64,000 nt of DNA from Octopus sinensis (Eukaryota): assembly GCF_006345805.1 (NCBI RefSeq), contig NC_043001.1, forward strand, positions 57,722,001-57,786,000, read 5' to 3'. The first letter of the stretch is position 1; every line of letters starts with the position of its first letter. Below, in pieces: positions 41,435 through 53,969 of this stretch. A program made the position numbers and the translations under genes. The notes beneath the pieces are model-generated. The model ran no database searches, was not told the origin of the DNA, and saw only the letters and a list, made by a program, of their open reading frames with translations.

Positions 41435-42670
41435 CATAAAGAAATTACTGACCCTATATTAGGACCACCAACAAGACCAGTCTGTGGAGCGAATATCGCT
41501 AGCAATTACAGAATCTCCTACTTCCTCTCAATGATCATACGCCCTATAATCCGGATGTCACCTGATGTTTGTGACAGCACAGAAGATCTCCTCAGCAGGA
41601 TCGATGACTGTAACAGCACTTGTGACCTGACAGGATGTATGGTGGGTAGCATGGATGTGGTATCCCTATACCCATCGATCAACGTAGATTTTGCGGTGGA
41701 GAAGTGCGTGGAGATGATCAATGAGAGCCAGGTGGAGTTCTGTAATGTCAACGCAGAAGAACTGGGCTTCCTACTAAGACTGACATGTAATAATGAATAC
41801 TTAGATAACCATAATCTTAGTAGTTTCTGCCCCAATAGATGTTTAAGAGGTAGACAGCCCACAATTACTTCTATGGCTAGGAAGACACATATAGAAAGAT
41901 GGCGCGGATGGACCAGAGCCATACGGAGCCCCGCAAATTTCCATGCACTAGGAGCTAGTATAAGAATTACCTTAAAAGGCCACACGTTTAAGTTTAATAA
42001 TAAAATATATGCCCAGGACGAGGGGGCAGCCACCGGCGTTAGTATCGCTGGTGATGTGGCCAACCTTTTCATGGTATGGTGGGACAGAAGGCTTAAAGAA
42101 CGCCTAACACAGAACTCCATACTCGTAAACATGTACTCTCGCTATGTTGATGATATCAACATAGTGGTAAAGGCACCCCCACAAGAGAGTAATGTTGATA
42201 TAGTAATAGAAACTAATTCTATGGAGTGCATCCAGCAAATAGCTAACTCCATCCACCAGAGTATTAAGGTCACAATAGACTACCCCACTAAACACCCTAA
42301 CCATAGACTACCAGTACTAGACACCGAACTCTGGCTAGAAATTGTGAATAATAAAACCCAAATCCTTCATTCATACTATGCCAAACCTATGGCATCAAAA
42401 TACCTGATCCACCGGAACTCAGCCATTGCGGACAATGCCAAATTCAATATTTTGATGGTAGACCTCGTCAGAATAATGAGAAATGTGTCACGCATGTGCG
42501 AGCCTGCAGAGTTAAAGAGACACATACAATATTTCATTCACCGCATGCAGTTCTCAGGTTACAGCCATAAAGAAAGGATCAGAGTATACAAAGGAGCCAT
42601 TAAGAAATTTGATAATATATTATGTAATGATAGGAACAAGTCTATAGGAACAAGTCATGGAACACTATAG
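41435..42670 (+). CDS. Penelope-like reverse transcriptase (5'-truncated, open frame from 41435)
   Basis: HK...GPPTRPVCGA (motifs 1/2, upstream of the called ATG), SMDVVSLYPSI (A), GAATGVSIAGDVANLFM (B'), YSRYVDDI (C), LPVLDTEL (E), YAKPMASKYLIHRNSA (thumb). Confidence 0.92.
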   Translation, partial: HKEITDPILGPPTRPVCGANIASNYRISYFLSMIIRPIIRMSPDVCDSTEDLLSRIDDCNSTCDLTGCMVGSMDVVSLYPSINVDFAVEKCVEMINESQVEFCNVNAEELGFLLRLTCNNEYLDNHNLSSFCPNRCLRGRQPTITSMARKTHIERWRGWTRAIRSPANFHALGASIRITLKGHTFKFNNKIYAQDEGAATGVSIAGDVANLFMVWWDRRLKERLTQNSILVNMYSRYVDDINIVVKAPPQESNVDIVIETNSMECIQQIANSIHQSIKVTIDYPTKHPNHRLPVLDTELWLEIVNNKTQILHSYYAKPMASKYLIHRNSAIADNAKFNILMVDLVRIMRNVSRMCEPAELKRHIQYFIHRMQFSGYSHKERIRVYKGAIKKFDNILCNDRNKSIGTSHGTL

Positions 42671-42735
42671 AAAGGACAAAAAAGAAAATAGGGAAGGCCA
42701 ACTCTTGGTATGATAGCCATAAATACCAGAGTGTC

Positions 42736-43260
42736 ATGTTCGTTGACACCACCCCTGGAGGTGAACTGGCGTACCGCTTTAGAAGAACCCTAGACAAACT
42801 TAAACTAAGAACTAAGGTTGTTGAAAAGCCAGGCAACACTATCAAATCTATAATTGGTAGAACCTATCCTTTTAGTAGAACCCACTGTACGGATAAATAC
42901 TGTACTGTATGTAGATTTAGCCCACAAACAAACTGTAAAGCCAGAAATGTAGTCTATAGTATAATATGTATAGAGGGACGATGCAGTAACAAGACAACGA
43001 CATACGTAGGTGAAACGGCAAGAAGCATAGGAGAGCGGGTAAATGAGCTTTGGAGACAACTCAAGGAAGGTAAAAGCTCATCGATTCTGTACCAACACGC
43101 CGAACAGGAACACGGGGGATCAATCAATAACATAGAAATTAAAATATTATCCACAGATGCAACGATTAGACAATTTATAGAAGCTACACACATAATAGAA
43201 AATAAACCTAGCCTGAATAGAAAACTAGAATGGAGCACTAACACGCATCACAACATATGA
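42736..43260 (+). CDS. Cys-rich linker plus GIY-YIG endonuclease of the same PLE, separated from RT by one frameshift near 42630-42656
   Basis: CTDKYCTVCRFSPQTNC, then VVYSIICIEGRC...YVGETARSIGER...LYQH; frame extends upstream as LYRNKSW...SWYDSHKYQSV. Confidence 0.9.
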   Translation: MFVDTTPGGELAYRFRRTLDKLKLRTKVVEKPGNTIKSIIGRTYPFSRTHCTDKYCTVCRFSPQTNCKARNVVYSIICIEGRCSNKTTTYVGETARSIGERVNELWRQLKEGKSSSILYQHAEQEHGGSINNIEIKILSTDATIRQFIEATHIIENKPSLNRKLEWSTNTHHNI

Positions 43261-43404
43261 CAATAGAGGATCCTGAAAACATAATAAATACACAGATAAA
43301 TAAACTAATAGAAATAAATAGCTTATATATGTATATGTATGTATATGTTAATATATATATTATATATATATATATATATAATATATATATATATAATATA
43401 TATA

Positions 43405-44220
43405 GTCCCGTCCTGTGGTTCTTGTGTCGTCTCTGTGGTGTTTCATGTTCTTGTCCATGTCTGTATTTAATTTTACTGTTTACCTATATAACGGCGGCTA
43501 CGTATCCACAATTGTCCTTATACGATAAGTATATTTTTTTCTCAAGCTTTGATACGACTCTTAATCTGTCTCTTTTTCTCTCTCTCTCCCTCCTCCCTTA
43601 TCCACTTCCGTTCTTTCCCTCTCCATCCGTCCCCCCCCCCTTTCTACGTTTCTCTATCTCTCTCACCTCCAGCCCCCTCGATCTGTCTCTTTCTTCTCCT
43701 CCCTCGTCCACCTTCTCTCCCTTTTCATCTGTCCCTTTCTCCTGTCTTTTGTCTCACGTGACAGCTAGCCGCTGTTGAGCGCTCTTTTCGTTTTCAGCAG
43801 CCTCAGAAGCAACACGGATTTGTTCGTCTCCCCGTGGCCTTTAGGCACACAACTTCACAAGCCAGCCCCTACTCAAATCGTCCTGTCGAAAGACCCTTGT
43901 CCTACGTCCTGGTTTTGTTTTGTTGTTTATTTTTTATTTTTACCGTTATTGTTTTTACGTTTTTGTATTCTTATTGGTGTCACGTATTCTGTATTTTTGT
44001 TTGTGTACTTCGATCGTTTTCCGTCCTTTCGTTGTATACATTCGAAGCTTTGGGCTGGCCATATCGGAGCAATCTCAGGATTGATCGGCCGGGGTTGCTA
44101 GGATGATCTGGTTCTTGACTGATGACTGAGGGCTTCGAGTGTCCCGTCCTGTGGTTCTTGTGTCGTCTCTGTGGTGTTTCATGTTCTTGTCCATGTCTGT
44201 ATTTAATTTTACTGTTTACC

Positions 44221-44226
<6 letters not shown>
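43405..44226. repeat. 736-bp-period unit with 86-bp direct terminal repeats, inserted in (TA)n
   Basis: GTCCCGTCCTGTGG...TTTACCTATATA at 43405-43490 and 44141-44226. Confidence 0.85.
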
Positions 44227-44261
<35 letters not shown>

Positions 44262-44649
44262 TGTGTGTGTGTAGATTTTTAAAAAAAATTTTTTAATCTT
44301 TAAAATATTTTTATTTACATATATATATATTTTCGATTCGATTTATTATTATTATTACTAGTATTGTTGTTATACATACAAGCATATGTAATGATAATAA
44401 TAAGTGGATGTAACACACATGAACAAAATAAGAATAAACAAAAACAACAAAAACAAAAACAAAATACAAATTACATGAACATATATAAACAGAAGATACA
44501 AATATTACAGGCATCCCCCCACATACACACACTAAATAAACATAAACGCACATAGAGATATAAGCATGCGAAAATGAAGACATACAATAGAAATACAAAA
44601 TGGCTGACGGTTAGTAAGGAGAGACACAAATAAGAAAGAAGAAAACAAA

Positions 44650-44694
44650 GGACCACTGATGCGTTCACAGGAGTGTGACGAAAGAACTCTGGCC
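44650..44694 (+). ncRNA. Atypical minimal hammerhead-like motif in the PLE 3' pLTR
   Basis: GGACCA-CUGAUGC-G-UUCAC-AGGAGU-GUGAC-GAAA-GAA-CUC/UGGCC; A9 is C and stem III is minimal. Confidence 0.5.
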
Positions 44695-44864
44695 GAAATA
44701 AGATTAAGATTAATGTAAAAAATAATAACAATGAAGCAAAAACACCAAATATATAGTGCGTGTGCTTTATTGGCTAAACTGGCAAAATGACCATTCTGAA
44801 ATATAACAATATCTGTTTCAACACACGACTTCACATAAAAAATCTTGCACAACAAATATTTAAC

Positions 44865-44912
<48 letters not shown>

Positions 44913-44985
44913 TATATATATATAGTGTGTGTGTGTGTGTGTGTGGTGTGTGTGTATGTATACTCAAACACACACACATATGTGT

Positions 44986-45140
44986 ACGACGTGCTTCTTT
45001 CAGTTATAGTCTACCAAATCCTCTCACTAGTCTTTGGTCGGCCCGAGGCTATAGTAGAAGACATTTGCTTAAGATGCAGCGGGACTGTACCCGAAACCTT
45101 GTGGTTGAAAAGCAAGCTCCATAATACACAGCCACTCACG
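44986..45140 (-). mobile_element. SINE head
   Basis: Matches 18048-18210. Confidence 0.8.
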
Positions 45141-45231
45141 TATGTTTGTATGCATGTATGTATGTATGTATGTATGTATGTATTTGTCTGTCTATCTATC
45201 TCTCTATCTATCTATATGCATGCATACATAG

Positions 45232-45266
<35 letters not shown>

Positions 45267-45275
45267 CATGTATAC

Positions 45276-45346
<71 letters not shown>

Positions 45347-45348
45347 CA

Positions 45349-45384
<36 letters not shown>

Positions 45385-46206
45385 TATATATAACTTTATA
45401 TAATTAAGGGCTCAGTAAAATAATTTACTTTGCCACATACTGAAAGTTTTAGAAATAGCAGCCCAAAAGTTTTTTTGTCCATTTCTACTACTTTAAGAAG
45501 AATCTCCCTGATAGTGCTTACTCAAAAATAATTCACATAGATCTGGAGGGAAAACAACAAAATATCACATGTACAAAGATTATTTGAGAACGCTCACATT
45601 TCTAGATTAGCCGAATTAAAACTCGACATTTCTTTCGTCAGCTCAACATTTCTTAATTTGGATTTGAAAGCACTAAAAATAATGGAGATGCCCATCCGAC
45701 ATGAATCACCCCAGACGAACACCTCCAAACTGGTAGTGCTAGCGAATTCAAACAGTACAAGTAAAGAATTTATGTATTTCCCCCTTCCATATATATATGT
45801 ATACATACATACATATATATATGAATTTCTATGGAAGTGTAAATAATGTGAGAATGTCAAAGATGTAGCATTATGGAATCTATACAGATGAGTGTGTGTG
45901 TGAATGCTACAACACATAAACAGTGTGAGTATCATTACGCGTGCGAATGTGTCATTATGTGTATGCTAATGTGGGAAGCATTGAGGCTGAAGTGTCAGGA
46001 AGTGGAGTGAGGGTAAGAATGGAATTAATTATTTATACTTCATAGCTGGTGTAGTTACATACCCATAGAAATACTGAGGCTGAACTACATTATATATAAG
46101 TTTACGCTTAGAAGGACAGAAATGTAGGTGATTTTAAGTAGTACATATATATTTATATATATGTATATACAGGGTGAAATTATATATCTACATGTCTAGA
46201 TGATTG

Positions 46207-46262
<56 letters not shown>

Positions 46263-46267
46263 ATATG

Positions 46268-46336
<69 letters not shown>

Positions 46337-46867
46337 CTATATATATATGCGTGTGTGTGTATATATATATATGCAGTCAGAGTGAGTGAGAGAGATAACA
46401 AGCACAATATGTTTACGTATATAGGTATGTATGTGTATGTACATATTATAATCCTATTCATGAATCTATATGAAAAAAATACAGTGAGGAACATATACAC
46501 AAGTGTGCGTATGTGAGTGCACATGATAATTTAGAAAATTGTTGAAATATATGGAAGGACATACATATAATCGTGGTAATAAGATTTAAAAGCATTCGTG
46601 CGAACTTCGAAGCAGGTGTACCCGCTAGGGCGTATATCTCACTGCATATAAAAGCTGTCATGTATATGCAAACAATTAACTCTACATACAGATTTATACA
46701 ATCATGTATATACATAGGAACATGTACATGGCTATGGACATGTATATATCTATGAACACATGCATATATATATGTATATGTGTGAGCTTGTGTTAAGTAT
46801 ATATATAATTAAATGTATATGTGCATATATATATTTATTTTATACGGCTATGTATATACATGCATGT

Positions 46868-46960
<93 letters not shown>

Positions 46961-47103
46961 TGCATACATATATCATTATAAGTCTATACATAGATACCTA
47001 TTGTATATCATGCATGTACGCGTATAAATAGTTTTACAGCTACGCGTAAGTAAAATGATATGAAAATACAAACGTATTTACATATATGTGCGTGAATGCC
47101 CTA

Positions 47104-47134
<31 letters not shown>

Positions 47135-47157
47135 CTATATATATATATAATATTTAT

Positions 47158-47189
<32 letters not shown>

Positions 47190-48397
47190 TATATACAATT
47201 GCCAGCGTGGAAGGTGTTTATAAGCCATTTATGAAACACACAAAAGCCGTTCGATTCACTTCAACATTTAAGTTTAATTTGTCAAAATATTTTCGTCGCT
47301 AAAATCCGCGACCTGTTCACTGACAAAAATCCGTGCTGCATCTGAGAAAGTAACAGTTAGTTCGTCATATATATGTACGTATGTATGTGTGTATGTATGT
47401 ACGTATGCATGTACGTACATACGCCTGTGTATGTATGTATGTATGTATGTATGTATATATGTATGTGTGTGTATATGCATGCAGATGCACTCTATAAACA
47501 TAAAGCTATTAACCTGTAGCGATGGATAGATGTAGAGTGACCACTCATCACAATACTATCAAATTTCAACTCCTCCCCCCCCCCGGCCGAAGCCTGGAAG
47601 TGATTTACGACCCTTACTCCCAAAACTATACCCTAAAACCTATTATCAGATCTTTATCTCTATATCACAGAACTTTTGTTTTACTATTGTGTGTATGTAT
47701 GTATGTGCGTATGTATGTATGTATGTATGTATGTGTGTATGTACATACGTACGCATGTGCGTATGTATGTATACGCGCACGTATGTGTGTGCGTACATGT
47801 ACGTGCGTATGTACGTGTGTATGCCCATATGTAGGTATGTATGTATGTTTGTACTCATGTGCTACGTATGTATGTGAGTGACTAGGAGAATGGGCAGACG
47901 TGTCTGTGAGAGTGTGTACATGTGTATGTGTATGTGAACGTATGTCCGTGTACTGGCATGTGTCCGTCCAAGTTGTGTACATGACTGTTACTTTGTTGAA
48001 GGTTGTATACATATTCACATATATTTTTGTATAGACGCACACACATATATATATATGTGTGGGTGTGTGTTTGTTCCTCTCATCACCGTCTAATTGTGAA
48101 TGGATACAACGCCTAAGTGCAACTGTACGTATCAAACAACGTACGCTCATACTGTTATATATAACTGCACATACGCATTGCAACCTGTAAGTAAGGACTA
48201 CAAGTAAACGAGAAAGAGAGAGAGGGGTGGTTATAGAATAGTCCTTCTGAATGGGATCTGGATGTTACTCCATTCGGACTTTCGGTTGAGAGTAGGTTTG
48301 TATTCTTGTATACAAACAGCTTCTGTGACCTGTCTCAACATTGCATCGGTGGGATGTGTTGATAGGATGTTGAGACATCGGTGGGATGTGTTGATAG

Positions 48398-48712
48398 CTA
48401 TTTCATCTGCCGTTACGTTCTGGGTTCAAATTCCGCCAAGGTCGACTTTGCCTTTCATTCTTTCGGGGTCGATTAAATAAGTACCAGTTATGCACTGGGG
48501 TCGATATAATCGACTTAATCTGTTTGTCTGTCCTTGTTTGTGCTCTCTATGTTTAGCCCCTTGTGGGTAGTAAAGAAATAGGTATTTCATCTGCCACTAC
48601 GTTCTGAGTTCAGATTCTGTCGAGATCGACTTAGCCTTTTATCCTTTCGGAGTCGATTAAATAAGCACCAGTTACGCACTGGGGTCGATATAATCGATTT
48701 AATCCGTTTGTC
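48398..48712 (+). mobile_element. Head-to-tail dimer of a SINE-derived ~185-bp unit
   Basis: TATTTCATCTGCC...GTTCTG(G/A)GTTCA...CACTGGGGTCGATATAATCGA repeated at 48398 and 48583. Confidence 0.8.
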
Positions 48713-49279
48713 TGTACATGTACGCACACACATACATGGGCATATGCATACGTGCGCGTATACATACATACGCACATGCGTACGTATATACATACACACA
48801 TACATACACACATAAATACATGCATACATACATACATACGCACATACGTACATACATACATACGCACAATAGTAAAACAAAAGTTCTGTGATATAGAGAT
48901 AAAGATCTGATAATAGGTTTTAGGGTATAGTTTTGGGAGTAAGGGTCGTAAATCACTTCCAGGCTTCGGCGGGGGGGGGGGTTGAAATTTGATAGTATTG
49001 TGATGAGTGGTCACTCTACATCTATCCATCGCTACAGGTTAATAGCTTTATGTTTATAGAGTGTATGTGCGTGCATATACACACACATACATATATACAT
49101 ACATGCATACATACATACATACATACATACATACATACATACATACATACATACATACACAGGCGTATGTACGTACATGCATACGTACATACATACACAC
49201 ATGTATGCATACATACACACATACATACGTACATATATATGACGAACTAACTGTTACTTTCTCAGATGCAGCACGGATT

Positions 49280-49329
49280 TTTGTCAGTGAACAGGTCGCG
49301 GATTTTAGCGACGAAAATATTTTGACAAA
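49280..49329 (+). ncRNA. Minimal type I hammerhead with G3-C8 swapped core (family C); also at 47278-47327(-) and 63176-63225(+)
   Basis: UUUGUCA-GUGAACA-G-GUCGC-GGAUUUUA-GCGAC-GAA-AAUAUU-U/UGACAAA: 7-bp stem I, 5-bp stem II, palindromic stem III. Confidence 0.75.
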
Positions 49330-49470
49330 TTAAACTTAAATGTTAAGTGAATCGAACGCTTTTGTGTGTTTCTTAAATGGCTTATAAACACCTTCCACGC
49401 TGCAATTGTTTTCGTTTCAGCACACGATCTCAGATCAAAGTACTTGCTATGCGAGTACATCTCCGTAATA

Positions 49471-49528
<58 letters not shown>

Positions 49529-49714
49529 GTGTGTGTGTGTATATATATACATATTATATATATATATGTATATATATATATACATATATATATTATATGC
49601 AATTTCGAACCAAAATTAGCTTATAACATTTTTAGTATTACTGAAGTCCTGCGGAAACAGACAACACTAATGGGGATTTCTTATTTTCTTATTGTCTTAT
49701 TTCATATTACTTTC

Positions 49715-50640
49715 CAGATAGCGGGTCGCTTGACTATTCAGGAGCGATTTAAGATAGCAGCACGCTATGAAGTGTGGAATGCCATTGTTTTAGTTCAGAG
49801 ATGGTGGCGTGCATGGAAATGTAAGCATGCAACACTACGTCCAGAGACAATAAAAAGTTGTGATGCAAGGCTGATGAGCAATGGAAGAAGAAGTGGCCGT
49901 CCAACAACATCCTGATCAGTAGAGAACGTGGCAATATTGCAGGAAATGTTTAATCGCAGCCCACAAAAATCAAAAGCAGTTTGTGAAAGTGGACAATCAA
50001 GACTCACAATATGAATTTTAGTCCGTGGATACTCCATTATTTGCAGGATCTATAACCTGAAGACAGAATGAAATATGGAAAGTTAATGCTAGGCTGGTAT
50101 GTTTGAAAATTTCCTCTTTTGGTGGTTTCATCAATCGTCACAACTGAACGTCATGTGATAAGGATCTACAGTTGAAAGGATGCAATTTCGTCCAAAAGTG
50201 ATCGTGTGGTGCGAAAACACGGCAACAAGAGTCGTGGGTCTATATTTTCTGCGTGACACCATGAATACGGACCACTATCTTCAGATGCTCGAAAATTACA
50301 TGTTGCCCACGGTGTCTGGCGGGGATAACATTGGTGACCTGATATTCATGCGGGATGGTGCACCACACCATTTTGCTCTTGTTGTGCGTGCATAGTTAGA
50401 CAAACATTTTCCAAGACGTTGGATAAGATGATGCGAACCACATGGATGGCTTCCAAGAAGTCCAGAGCTCACTCCATATGATTTTTACTCGTGAGGATAC
50501 ACCAAAGAGGTGTACATGACAAAACGTCCCACACTACAGGATTGGAGACACGGACTCAGGAGTTTATCAATGATATACCGGAAGGTTGTCAATGATATCC
50601 CAGAAGGGTGTTCATTCCATCGCTGGCTGTTTGAGGTAGC
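49715..50640 (+). mobile_element. Decayed Tc1/mariner (maT/DD37D-like) transposase
   Basis: LTIQERFKIAARYEVW...RSGRPTTS; KVIVWC...LIFMRDGAPHH; WLPRSPELTPYDF. Confidence 0.8.
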
Positions 50641-50693
50641 TGGTTATACCCTCCAATTCTAACCTGGGTTCTCATTCCTAAGGTATTTTTTGA

Positions 50694-50724
<31 letters not shown>

Positions 50725-51034
50725 GTTATTATTATTATTAATCGAACTCCGAATCTTGGGTTTAGTAACCCGGCTCTTAATCACTACGCCATATGCCCGT
50801 GGGCAATTATGGAGTGAATTTTAGGGTTTATAAATCTAATATTTTCCTATACTTCGTTAATACCGGTTCCCGGATGCTACACATATCTGCACTCAGTCTG
50901 CTTAGGAGGTTGTTGTATTGTGGGATATGTGGTGCTTCTTTTAGTTTTCGTATTTTTCAGAGTGTTCTCAATCTATTATCTTAACTTCATCTCACAGGGG
51001 GAGGTGATCTCCAAGTTTCCATTAATGTAAATAA

Positions 51035-51076
<42 letters not shown>

Positions 51077-51159
51077 TGCACACACGCACACATATATATA
51101 TGTATGTATGTATATATATATATATATATATATGCACGCACACACACATATATGTGTAT

Positions 51160-51245
<86 letters not shown>

Positions 51246-53163
51246 CTACATACATATCATTAAATCTCTGAGCGAGAAGTAAACAGTAGCCTGGATATCC
51301 TTGACGATGGCATTCGCTTACCAATGTTGGACACGAAATTATATCAGCCACCGTCTCAGTCTGGTCTCAGTAGAATCCCTACATCCAACAGCTACATGAA
51401 AGTGTACTGCACTCTAACTGCTATTTGTACAGTCTTCCAGTAGCGTCTGATAACGCTCGTCTTACCTAATTTAGGCTGCGTCTAATTCGTCTCCGTGTGA
51501 ATCAATTAATTGAACAAGATGAATGATGTTACTCTCGTCACATCGCATTGTCTTTTCCACTATAGCTCTGTACTGTTAATTGCTCGAGGTAGAACAAGTC
51601 AACTTGTGATGTAAACACTGCACTTTTGCTCTATGGTCTCCATTCTTGACAGTTCATTCTATTTCTCGGAATTCGAATCAGCTTGTCTCCAAGAACACGG
51701 AATGTGTAAGTAAGCCATTTTCTTTTTTGTCTTTTTTATTTTACCAGTATGGTAGATCTGAGAGTAGGGTGTATAAACACATCCGGCTGTGGCCCCAGAA
51801 ATAGTATTGTTTGCTCAGCGATATCATGTCACTAGATGTAGATATAATTGCCAATGCCCAGAACAGGAAATCTAATGTACGATTTTGCACTAATTTGCGG
51901 TGACATAGACATCCTCGCATCTCTAACCTGGCCCGAAATGTGCGTCGCGATGGTGGCGCTCTGTAAGAAAGGATTCAGCTTCGAAATAATGTCAACATTC
52001 TGAGACTGTTATATATATTGGAGTTGCTTAACGTGGACAGTAGCGAAGGGCGTTCGTTTTATCTGGATAGCATGTACGCACCGATTAAGTTCGGTTTACG
52101 TGTTCCTTTCAGTTGCTTGGAGGTTTTCATTAGAACGTAACATTCTTAAGTAATTTTGGGCAACTGAAATTGATAACTTGGAAATACCTATGGATTGTTC
52201 AAATTGACCCAATCTTTTATATGTCGAACAAAATTCTGTTGAAAATAAATATGCCTACAATAATTGACTTCAGACTTTCATATTTTCAGTGCGGATAAAA
52301 TATGTAGCAGCCGAAGACTGGAATCGGTGTAAACGATTTACTCGCTTCTCTAAAATTCCCTGCATTCTGCAGATATTTGAAAACATAGTTATTATTGTTG
52401 CTTCTATTTGAGAGAAAAGTAGAAAAAGAAAGGAACACAAAGATTTCGTGGATGGCTTAGAAATAACAACATATGCTGACTGTATTAAGAACTGTAACTA
52501 GAAACAAAAACAACAAAAGCGATTACAAAAGAATTACTTAAAATAGAGAGAAATCTGCATCGGTTGCCACCAGTAGCAATGTCAAAATAAATTACACCTG
52601 ATATCAAAAATATTTATAGTGCTCCATAGACTTCAGGTAAAATCAAATTAGATTGTAGCTGTCACAACTCAATCTAAATTGGGAACCTTGGGTTTGGAAA
52701 TTGTCGGTTTCCTATGTCCTATAAGAGCCGAGTTAATCTCACATAGACATAGCCACAAGTCAATTGACACAGTAAACTTTTGATATTTCTCCGCCAATTG
52801 CTTTCTCATTAGTAACGGAAGTGAGTCTAGTTTTACACATATCAGATTTGTTTTCGATGCATAAATAATATTATTGTTTGGCAATAAACATCCTGGGGTT
52901 TGTTATTCTGTGTCATTATTTTAGTGTATCTTGCGTTTTGTTAGTATCTTTTTAAAATTATTTTTCTTTTTCATGCCATGAGCTTTTGTGTTACCGCACG
53001 TTTATTCTTTCATTTATTATTCATCTTTATCTTATTTCTTTAAATGAGAGGTGATTTGTAAAGTTAAAATGCTCATATAATATATATAATTACATTACTT
53101 TTACGTCCTTCATTGCTTCTTATATATATAGCTATGCTTTTATTTCCATTCTAACGCACTCTA

Positions 53164-53194
<31 letters not shown>

Positions 53195-53196
53195 TT

Positions 53197-53242
<46 letters not shown>

Positions 53243-53785
53243 TACATACATATGTGTGTGCGCGCGCGTACCTTACTTAGTGTGAATACACTATCGAAAG
53301 TCACAAAGCTGCAGTATATGTCATGAGAGACCTCTTATATTATATATACTGCTAAAGATTCATAATAGTGCACCAGTAGCAGAGGAAGTATTACTACATT
53401 GATGGTAATCACTATTTTCTACATCAGAGAAGCAATCTATGCAGTTGACAGTGGACACTTGCTATTGATGACGTGTATGACAAAGAAATAATGATTTAGC
53501 GATTCTATCACCACTCTAGGAGGCTTTTTCTCTACTACTGCTAACTTTTTGCGCTTTTTAGCACGATGCGCTTATACGAGAAGCTTTACCAAGACAAGCA
53601 TTGCAGTTCTGTGGCTTTCATTCGTAAGTCCATATGAAATAAAATATTCGGAATGTTATATTGAAACAATATTGCCTCCATTGATAACCCCCAATATCTA
53701 TATTTATATCTGTATCTATCTATCTATCTATCTGTATACATACACACACATATATCTGTCTATCTATCTATTTTTCTCTCTCTCA

Positions 53786-53848
<63 letters not shown>

Positions 53849-53854
53849 CATCTA

Positions 53855-53889
<35 letters not shown>

Positions 53890-53903
53890 CTCTATTTATC
53901 TAT

Positions 53904-53969
<66 letters not shown>

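Larger units (their letters stand above)
41309..44870 (+). mobile_element. 5'-truncated Penelope-like element with an inverted pLTR fragment at its 5' end
   Basis: RT plus GIY-YIG coding region; 41309-41436 is an inverted copy of 44690-44812. Confidence 0.85.
47196..49480. mobile_element. Large inverted repeat (~47196-47810 / ~48715-49405) of a pLTR-like family C unit
   Basis: Unique blocks match in reverse complement (e.g. GCGATGGATAGATGTAGAGTGACCACTCATCAC; ACCCTAAAACCTATTATCAGATC); a third copy lies at 63166-63367. Confidence 0.9.

Noticed and set aside
45400-45800. Possible pLTR with CUGACGA on minus near 45635 (some similarity to ~58200-58450)
   Set aside because: Stem II/GAAA not recoverable; too degenerate to call.
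50741-50800. tRNA-like sequences (also ~62190-62280 and the SINE heads)
   Set aside because: Only A/B-box-like heads with no complete cloverleaf; best read as SINE relics.
51747-51962. Possible exon (polypyrimidine tract-CAG ... GTAAG)
   Set aside because: Stops in all three frames and no recognisable protein; cannot exclude a UTR or non-coding exon.
52669-52884. 71-aa minus-strand ORF, and similar short ORFs at 55872-56063 and 28194-28433
   Set aside because: No recognisable motifs; length expected by chance.
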